Assembly (NCBI GenBank): GCA_951406725.2
Contig: OX597825.1
Span: 86,800,001 to 86,864,000, forward strand
DNA: 64,000 nt
Reading direction: 5' to 3'
Source of the DNA: Octopus vulgaris
Taxonomy: Eukaryota
Under the pieces are notes generated by a model that was not told the origin of the DNA, made no database searches, and saw only the letters and a program-made list of their open reading frames with translations. The position numbers and the translations under genes were made by a program. Below, piece by piece: positions 55,634-64,000 of the stretch. Position 1 is the first letter of the stretch; every line of letters begins with the position of its first letter.

Positions 55634-57781
55634 TTAGGGGCATGTGTTTAGAAGTGGTCTGTATTTATTAATAAGGTGGGATTCCATGGTTATTCGCTGG
55701 GTATGAGTGGCATTGTCTTTAAATTTGTAGAGGGGAAAGATTCTAAAATTGGGATGGAGTTGTGCGGCACAGGTATCAATATGTGCACTAAATTCTATTT
55801 TTCTATATTCCTGTATTTTTATTTGGGATCTGTGGACAGTCATGCGTTGGCGGAGGCTATTTTTTGTTTGGCCTATGTAGTGTTCATTACAGCCCGAGCA
55901 AGTTAAGACATATACTAGGTTTTCTGATGCGCATGTGAAGTTGTGTTTTACTGTGAAACGTTGTCCTTGTTTAAAAAGGAATTCCGGACCTTCTATTAGG
56001 TTGATGCATATACCACAGTTGGGTCTATTGCATTTGTTTACTGTGGGTTTAGTTGTTGTGGTTGGCAGTACTTTGGCATTTGTTAGGATGGTTTTCAATG
56101 ATTTGGGTTGCCTTTTGCTCTTTATGATTTCGTGTGTTAGGAGGATTTGGTTCATTCTATGGTCCTTTTGTAATACAGGAATGTTCTGGAGGATGGTGTC
56201 AAAAGCTTCATTGTTGAGGGGGTTGTGTGTAGAGATGTATGGTAGAGTATGGGGTTTCGATGTAACAGGTTTAGGGCATCTAAGTTCCTGCGTGCTGAGT
56301 TTTAGGGCGCGTTGGATCCCATTGTCAATTAGTGACGTGGGGTAATCCCTGCTTGTTAATGTGCCCTTGAGTTCTTGTAGACGTAAGAGACGGGTGTTTT
56401 TATTGGAGACTATAGTGCAAATTCTCTTGGCTAAGTTGTAGGGAATGTTAATTTTAACGTGTCTAGGGTGGCATGAATTGAAAGGGAGGTATTGCTTGGA
56501 GTCTGTGGGCTTGTAGTATATGTCTGTTTCTATTTTTTTGTTGTGAATTTTAATGAGGATGTCGAGGAAGGGAATTTGTTGAGGGCTGTATTCCATTGTG
56601 AAAATAATGTTTGTGTTGAGCCCATTTATAAGAGTGTGAAATTCGTTAAGCTTCTCGACGGTTTCGGGCCAAAGGATGAAGCAGTCATCAAGATATCTCT
56701 TCCAGTTCTTCTCTATGTGTGTGTGGAGAGTGGTGCCAAATTGGTTAAGAACGTTATTATAGAGGGTGATTTCCAGGTATCCCATGACTAAGTTGGCGTA
56801 AGTGGGAGCTGTTTTCGTTCCCATTGCCGTCCCTGATTTCTGTCTGTAGAATTTGTTGTTGAAGGTGAAGAAATTATTCTCTAAGATGAATTTGAGTCCT
56901 TCTAAAATAAATTCCTTTTTGATGCGGTGTGGGAGTTCGTTGGAGTAATTATCCAGCCAGAATTGGATAGCTTCTATTCCTAGGTTGTGGGGGATGTTGG
57001 AGTAAAGATTGACTACATCGAATGTTACTAGCAGGGTTTGTTCAGCAAGAAGTGTATTGGGGAGGTGGTTGAGCATATCTAGATCGTCCCTTATGTAGCT
57101 TTTAATGTGTTTGAGGAACGGCTTGAGAAGGGTATCAATGAAGTTGCTAAGGCGGTGGGTTTCGCAAGCGGGACCTGCTATTATAGGTCTCAATTTGAGG
57201 TCATTTGGTGAGGGGACATTGATTACAGAGTTTGTGGCTTCCTTGCATGCCTTACTTATTAATTCGCTTTTATGAATTTTGGGAATACCGTAGAAGAGGC
57301 TGGTTTTACTAGTGAAATTTGTGATGAAGTTGAATTCTTTGTTAGTGAGTTCTTCTTTGTGGGGGTTGATCAGGGTTTTTAAGTTTCTCATAATTTTCTG
57401 TTGATTGTAGTGTTCAGCCTTTTCGTAATATGTTCCATTTTCCAAGGTGGAGAGTGCTAAGTTGATATAGTATTCTGTCTCCATTAAGACTACTGCACTT
57501 CCTTTATCGGCCTCTTTAATGGTGATAGATCTTTCATTTTTTAATTTGTTTAATTCTTCCCACTCTTTCTTGTTGAGGTTTGGTTTGGGTTTTGGTTTGT
57601 GTAAGTGTTGGTAGGGGAAGTTTGTAATGTGCTCACAGAATTCGTCTAGGATTTTATTTCTACCTTTTCGTGGGGTGTAGTTGCTTTTATTTCTAGCTAG
57701 TGACTCATCCTCTTTGTGCTGGTCGAATAGTTCCTCACTAAGTCGCAATTTTCTACAAAATTCTGTAATGTCTTCCTTCAT
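55634..57781 (-). CDS. PLE polyprotein: reverse transcriptase + Cys-rich linker + GIY-YIG endonuclease (probably Neptune-type), N-terminus frameshifted and truncated
   Basis: 715-aa ORF with PLE motifs IKEADKGSAVV, FYGIPKIHK, LRPIIAG, TFDVVNLYSNIP, GTAMGTKTAPTYANL, RYLDD, FLDI, SCHP, CNRPNCGIC and NLVYVLTCSGCNEHYIGQT...RMTVH. The upstream motif LLSKGLKFTPTP lies in another frame at about 57800..57840. Confidence 0.95.
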   Translation of the reverse strand: MKEDITEFCRKLRLSEELFDQHKEDESLARNKSNYTPRKGRNKILDEFCEHITNFPYQHLHKPKPKPNLNKKEWEELNKLKNERSITIKEADKGSAVVLMETEYYINLALSTLENGTYYEKAEHYNQQKIMRNLKTLINPHKEELTNKEFNFITNFTSKTSLFYGIPKIHKSELISKACKEATNSVINVPSPNDLKLRPIIAGPACETHRLSNFIDTLLKPFLKHIKSYIRDDLDMLNHLPNTLLAEQTLLVTFDVVNLYSNIPHNLGIEAIQFWLDNYSNELPHRIKKEFILEGLKFILENNFFTFNNKFYRQKSGTAMGTKTAPTYANLVMGYLEITLYNNVLNQFGTTLHTHIEKNWKRYLDDCFILWPETVEKLNEFHTLINGLNTNIIFTMEYSPQQIPFLDILIKIHNKKIETDIYYKPTDSKQYLPFNSCHPRHVKINIPYNLAKRICTIVSNKNTRLLRLQELKGTLTSRDYPTSLIDNGIQRALKLSTQELRCPKPVTSKPHTLPYISTHNPLNNEAFDTILQNIPVLQKDHRMNQILLTHEIIKSKRQPKSLKTILTNAKVLPTTTTKPTVNKCNRPNCGICINLIEGPEFLFKQGQRFTVKHNFTCASENLVYVLTCSGCNEHYIGQTKNSLRQRMTVHRSQIKIQEYRKIEFSAHIDTCAAQLHPNFRIFPLYKFKDNATHTQRITMESHLINKYRPLLNTCP

Positions 57782-58103
57782 TTCGTAGTAGTTTGGACGT
57801 GGGGGTTGGTGTGAATTTCAGACCTTTGGAGAGTAAGTTGAGAAGGTTGGGGTTGGGTTCTGTATTGGTTAAATTGATGACTTTAATTAGTTTATGTTTC
57901 TCTTCCCTGTCCTGTGTTATTTTGTTTGCCTGTATCTGTGTGCTGTATACAGCTCTCCCTGTTCTAAACGAACTTAATTATCCAGTCAAGCGGAAAATAC
58001 ACTCCCTAACTACGCGCTAAAAAGCTATTTAAAATATCCACATGACGTCTACTGACCAGCCTGAACAATAAGAATTTTCAACAACACTATTTTCGAAAAT
58101 TCT

Positions 58104-58316
58104 AAACATTCACGTGACCTCTTTATTATGGCCAATAAGAAATTTTAGGCGGGACACTAGCCAAATTTTAACTTCTCTGGAGCCTTTTTTCTTACCCCAA
58201 CACCAACTTCCATTCAAACATTCACGTGACCCCTTCATAATGACCAATCAAAATTTTAGGCGCGAAACCAAGCAAATCCCAAACAACTCTGGAGCCTCTT
58301 TTTTTCACATATAAGA
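58104..58316 (+). promoter_or_regulatory. Duplicated promoter-like module in the pLTR (E-box, CCAAT, E2F-like, then TATA-like)
   Basis: Two diverged units with a 112-bp period. TCACGTGAC at 58110 and 58222, CCAAT at 58132 and 58244, TTTAGGCGGG / GGCGCGAAA, and TATAAGA at 58310. Confidence 0.45.
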
Positions 58317-58332
58317 GACAGACTCTAATCTC

Positions 58333-58379
58333 TCTTTTATATTTTGATAAGCATAACAAATGCGCAACCGGTAAAAAGA
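58333..58379 (+). ncRNA. Variant minimal hammerhead-like motif in the pLTR (mirror copy at 54875..54921, minus)
   Basis: tctttt..TTGATAA-GCAT(aacaa)ATGC-GCAA-CCGG-TA-aaaaga has type I HHR order, a perfect 4-bp stem II and a palindromic ACCGGT stem III. The core deviates (U3/A8, C13). Confidence 0.5.
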
Positions 58380-58439
58380 ACTTTCACCTAATTAAATTAC
58401 TTAAATTACTTCAATTATTTGTCAGCATTTTCTTCATTT

Positions 58440-58559
<120 letters not shown>

Positions 58560-58750
58560 GTATATATATATACATATGTATCTGTATACATATACACACA
58601 TACCTACACACATACACACAGTCGCACACATCATATATATGTGTATATATATACATATGTAAGCTGGTACAAGAAACTAATTGCTATTGTCACTGCAAAA
58701 TAATACATAGCAAAAACAAGAACAACAAGAACAACAACAACAACAACAAC

Positions 58751-58787
<37 letters not shown>

Positions 58788-59173
58788 GCAGCAAGAATAA
58801 AAAAAGGTAAAATGGAAAGTAGTGTTCCATTTGTAGACTCTGTGCATGACGTTATCTGATGCGAGGTGTAAACACCTTTCTAATTCTGTAGGGAAATAGT
58901 TGAGCTTGTCTTAGGATTCACAGATTAATGCTTATAAAATGAAGAAGATGCGGGTGATAAAATGCAAAGCGATTCTGTGCATGCGAAGGTGAGAATTTCC
59001 TCTGGAAACCTTCTTTTTGGTAGCGTTTCTCTGATTAATTCTTCCACAACCAAATAAGTTTCTCTCTGGCTTCTCTCCTCTCACAGCTTTTCATGTCTTT
59101 TTTTTTTCATCGCTTCTTTCGAGATAATTTAATTGACATCTATTAATGTCTATTTCACTAAACACAAAAAAGC

Positions 59174-59257
<84 letters not shown>

Positions 59258-59264
59258 TTATATG

Positions 59265-59357
<93 letters not shown>

Positions 59358-60409
59358 ACGTATGCATGTACGTGTGCGTATGTGTATACATATATATATT
59401 CACATAAGTAAACACACACACACACGCGCACACACATATATATATATATAAATATTACACAGACACACGCAGACACACATTTAGTTGTGTATCAGTACAA
59501 ATCATAGAACTACGTACGCTTTCTTTGACTATAAAATATATTTTTATGCGGTGTGTCGAAAAATACATGAACACATACATATCTATGTATTCATGTATTT
59601 TTTGACACAAGTACACACAAACATACATACACAATACACACGAATATATATATAATACGTCTGTATATATATGTATATATATTTATATATATATAATACG
59701 TGTGTATATATATATGTATATGTATATATGTATATATATGTATATATGTATATATATGTATATATGTATATATATACATACATATCTATTTATCTATCTA
59801 TGTATCCATTTGTCTATTTATTTATCTCTTTATCAATCTATTCTTTCTCTCTCTCTCTCTCTCTCTGTCTGTCTCTCTCTCTCTCTCTACACACACACAC
59901 GCAAATACGGAAATATATAGACGCATACCTACAATAATATAATTACAGGAACATACCAACACACCAACTGTTTTACTACATCTATAATTACCACCGCTGT
60001 TCACGTCACACCTGTTTTGCTGTTAAACTTTTATTCCTATATTCCTTACGTTTATTGTTTCCGATTTCGTATTATTATTTATTTATGAAATTTTATATTC
60101 CCGTGAGAATGTTCCTTATGTCATTTCATTAAATTTACTCCTGAAATTGTGTGCAAAAGATAAAAAAAATATCTGCTATTTTACTTGTTGATTGAATTAG
60201 GTTCGAAGCCCCTCCGAGAAAAATATCTTAGAAATTTATTGTCGAATGAGAAATATAAAATATATTTCGTCTTATATTTATTATTTATTATATTTTGCGT
60301 TGTCTGTTTTTGGTTTTAATGTTACATCATAACCTTTCGTAATTGGTCTTGTGCAAGAGTTTAACACCGTTGCAGAAAGATAAAAGCAAAACGCTACTGA
60401 AAAACGAAC

Positions 60410-60473
<64 letters not shown>

Positions 60474-61087
60474 TACACTCTCTCTCTCTCTCATGTAATA
60501 TATGTATGAAGAGTATAGGAAATTTTGTTCTCATATAGTTTTGTTCTAAAATAATATAATATGATTATTTTTTTGCAAAGAGACAAGCAAAATGTTGCCC
60601 CTGACGCCATCGACAAATTCGATATAGAAGTTGGCTGAAAGAAAATATGAATAACTTCAGCATAATTTATACGAAAATATTCGACATCTGCAGCAGAAAA
60701 TTGATTCGAAGATAACTAGTTTTTGTTTGTTGCTTAACTTCTATAGTTTTTTCCCTTTTTTTTATTTTAAACAACGTCTTTGTTCTTGAATGTGTTTGCA
60801 AACACTAACTTCTCTCTCTCTCTCTCCTTCTCTGTCTCCCTCTCTTTCTGTCTTTCTGTCTCTCTCCCATGTTATACATTTATGGCTTTTACACAATCGC
60901 TCCCCCCCCAACACACTTCCACTTCCTCGTTCCATATTCCCCATTTGGACAATTATACTTGGATGTCATTGGATGTCACAGAAAAGGTAGACAGTCGGCT
61001 CTCAAATAATATTAATTGATATTGAATATAGATTATTTAACCACATGTGCTCCTACATCCCACCACCCAATCTAAATATAAGACAAT

Positions 61088-61311
61088 ATTAGTGTAGGCA
61101 CCAAAGATGGCGAGCTGCTAGAATCATAAGCACGACGGACAAAATGCTTAGCGACAGTTTTTCCGCCTTTATACTCCGAGTTCAAATTCTGCCGACGTTG
61201 ACTTTTCCTTTCGGGATCGATAAAATAAGCACCTGTTGAACACTGAGATCGATATAACCGCTTTACTCCATTCCCCGAAATTGCTGGCCTTGTGCCAAAA
61301 TTTGAAACCAA
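61088..61311 (+). mobile_element. SINE family B
   Basis: ggcgagctgctagaatc..gagttcaaattctgccg..ggccttgtgccaaaatttgaaacc. Confidence 0.8.
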
Positions 61312-61692
61312 TGCTAGTATAAGCACCAGTTCAGACACACACATGGCCGTTCAAAGCACGAATTTTTTGACTGCTTAATATAATTTTTTAGAATGAATGG
61401 CTTCTACATTGATACGTTCATAATTTTGATCGTGAGATTTCGTTTTTTGCAGTAAACATTTGAATTAAGGATGGAAGTACCATGATGTGTTGGCAGAAAT
61501 ATCAAAGTCTCCACGAAAATCCTTGAAGACCTGCTTCCGGCTCAGAAGTTTCAGTTCAAATTCAGCCGAAGTCACTTTTCTCTTACAGTCTTTCAGCTTC
61601 GATAAAATAAAACATAAAATCTAGGGCGGTGCATTGACTGAATAGTTTAAGCATTGAACCTCCTGGCCCTTAGGGATCTTTAATACCATTAC

Positions 61693-61884
61693 CTGGTTCT
61701 CGGTACCTTTAACACTACCTGGTCTTTGAGAACTTTTAGCAGAGTTCTCTTAAGCAAACATTGAGAAGAGGCCCTTGCTTTGCGGGTGGCTCCTTTCCTT
61801 AATTCTATTGGTCTTGGCGGATCTGGCAAAATTGTCATTGGCGCTGCTTTTCCGTCCATGGCTAAATGGTGAACCACAACATTT
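61693..61884 (-). CDS. Candidate internal coding exon of an unidentified host gene
   Basis: 192 nt bounded by acceptor ttcatacag| and donor CAG|gtaatg. One frame is open throughout (NVVVHHLAMDGKAAPMTILPDPPRPIELRKG...KVPRT). Confidence 0.4.
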
Positions 61885-62485
61885 CTGTATGAAGTGTAAA
61901 CTGTCTTGCTACGGTAAATAGTTGTCTTGTGGAGGTAAACAAATGATAAAGTTTAAAAAAATAGCATGCAAGTAGATATAAGGTTTTAGTTTGATAAAGT
62001 AGTGGTGGTAGCGAGGGCCCTATAATGCATTAAATAATAGGTTTGTTCAGTAAGCGAGGGGTGTATGGTTCGATTCCACTTGTTGGGCATGTCGTTATTT
62101 TGTCTCAAATTGCTTAAAACGTAGAAAATCTGTTAATTTGTTTCCAGTATAAAACAATCAATGTTTTGTTATAAACCTTTACGCCTGGCTAATTCTTGTG
62201 CGGTTCCCAGACACAACCAAAGCTGTAAGGACTGCAACAGAGGGAAGGACTAACATTCTATGACTCCTTCACAAAGCAGTTTGGGGACCTGCCTAATAAA
62301 CCCTTCGTTCATTTTTCTCTCACTACGGGGAACAGAGAACTGGAGCAAGGTATTGTTATGTTGTAATTTAGTGTCCAGCATCATCATCATCGCCATCACC
62401 ACCACAAACATCACTATCACTGTCATCATCGCCATCGTCATCATCATCGTTATCATCATCACCACCACCACCATTACCACTACCA

Positions 62486-62839
62486 CCAGACTTGACTAGC
62501 ACGGATTTTTTCTTGTGGGGATACCTGAAAGAGAGGGTTTACGTCAACAAACCGGAGAACCTAGTGCAACTGAAAGAGAACATCAATAGAAAAATCAGAG
62601 AAGTGGGGTCTGAAACTCTTGAGGGTGTTATAGTGAAAGGTTTGGAAAGCGCACAGGCGTGCGTAGCCGAAAATGACTGCCATTTAAGCGATGTCATCTT
62701 TCATATGTGATGTGGGGGTGTTGTAAATATTGAATTGTGCATTTTAATTTCCATTATGTCCTTTATATTGTATCAAAATTACATTGCATTTATTTGTAAA
62801 GTTAAACTTAAACTCACCAGTGACTTTTGGAAAACCCTG
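62486..62839 (+). mobile_element. 3' fragment of a Tc1/mariner transposon
   Basis: DLTSTDFFLWGYLKERVYVNKP (SPDL..DFFLWG motif). Ends in TIR-like gacttttggaaaaccctg followed by TA. Confidence 0.85.
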
Positions 62840-62880
<41 letters not shown>

Positions 62881-62888
62881 ATATATAT

Positions 62889-63903
62889 GTCCGTTCCATG
62901 CCGTTTTTACTTTTTCGTTTCTCGTTGAGTTCTACGTCTATTTGTGGTGTCCTGTACACACGTATATATATTTATATATTCATGTATATATACATGTAGA
63001 TGTAGGTACGTACATATATGTTTGTATGTATGCATATATTTTATTTATTACACTATTGTATGACTGAGCGCCCTCGCGTCGATTCGATTCGATTCGTTTG
63101 GTTTGGTTTCGTTTCTTCTTCTCTAAGCTGTTTTTTTTATATATAATTATGACGCGAAACTCTATAACTCCTTCTTCTCTCTTTCTTTCACCCTCTTTGG
63201 CTTCCTTCCTCTCTATCTCTCTCTCTCTCACTCCTCCTCATCTCTCTCACAGTCGGGTCAACGAACTTCCTTTCCTTGGCAGCCTTCTTCGAGTAAACAT
63301 GTTTCTTCTTGCGCTCGTGAAAAAAAAATTTCCTCGTCTAGGCTTATAGGCCCTCATTATTTGTTTTCCTGTCCTGTTTCTACCCCTTCTTGTACTGTAT
63401 TTTTTGTAATTGTCTTTTTATTTTGTATTTGTTTTTAATTGTATTGTTTTTACGTCCTGTTTTTGTCACATTTTTTCCTTGTTTTTACCCCTCTGCAAAG
63501 GAATTTTATTTAATTCTTTCGCAGGAAGAACTAGTTCGGGGAGACGTGTTCTGTCCTCACCTTCGAAACACGCTGGAGTTGAACTAGTGACAGCTGATGA
63601 AGGAGATTTTTCCTTGTGTAGTTGTCTTGTACTCTGTTTTTTCGTTGTTAAAAAAATGGTCCGTTCCATGCCGTTTTTACTTTTTCGTTTCTCGTTGAGT
63701 TCTACGTCTATTTGTGTTGTCCTGTACACACGTATATTTATTTATATATTCATGTATATATACATGTAGATGTAGGTACGTACATATATGTTTGTATGTA
63801 TGCATATATTTTATTTATTGCACTATTGTATGACTGAGCGCCCTCGCGTCGATTCAATTCGATTCGTTTGGTTTGGTTTGGTTTCTTCTTCTTCTCTAGG
63901 CTG
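62889..63903. mobile_element. Non-coding element with ~240-bp terminal direct repeats (partial tandem, 770-bp period)
   Basis: 62889..63130 repeats at 63659..63903 with few mismatches; TA-rich flanks; no credible ORF. Confidence 0.7.
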
Positions 63904-64000
63904 GTTTTATATATATATATGGACAATCACCAAAGATCCCTGGCCTAGCAGTGCTATCGAAAAACATTACCTGTTCGCGATAAGCTCTACAGGCACGGTT

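Noticed and set aside
55676-56791. Plus-strand ORFs antisense to the PLE ORF
   Set aside because: Shadow frames of the RT gene with no independent motifs.
63555-63610. Permuted (type II) hammerhead from CGAAAC...CTGATGA
   Set aside because: No stem I and no UH cleavage site in the required position.

Overview
Eukaryotic, AT-rich, repeat-dominated DNA with dense (AT)n, (AC)n, (AAT)n, (CATA)n and (CTAT)n microsatellites. The tRNA-derived SINE families resemble those described from octopus, so a cephalopod origin is inferred, not proven. Almost all ORFs in the supplied track are microsatellite artefacts. The only long real ORF (55634..57781, minus) encodes the reverse transcriptase + C-terminal GIY-YIG endonuclease of a Penelope-like element (PLE), flanked by 507-bp inverted pseudo-LTRs and inserted in (AT)n. 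The window also holds short non-coding elements in (AT)n that carry hammerhead-ribozyme (HHR) motifs. These are a ~0.55-kb foldback element with a well-formed type I HHR in each arm (32448..33003), an element with a minimal variant HHR (26967..27004), and a variant HHR-like motif in the PLE pLTRs themselves. Other content: R4/Dong-type LINE relics in (AAT)n, RTE and CR1/L2 fragments, Tc1/mariner relics, MITEs, a patchwork local duplication, and a few candidate host exons on the minus strand. All alignments and folds were done by eye.
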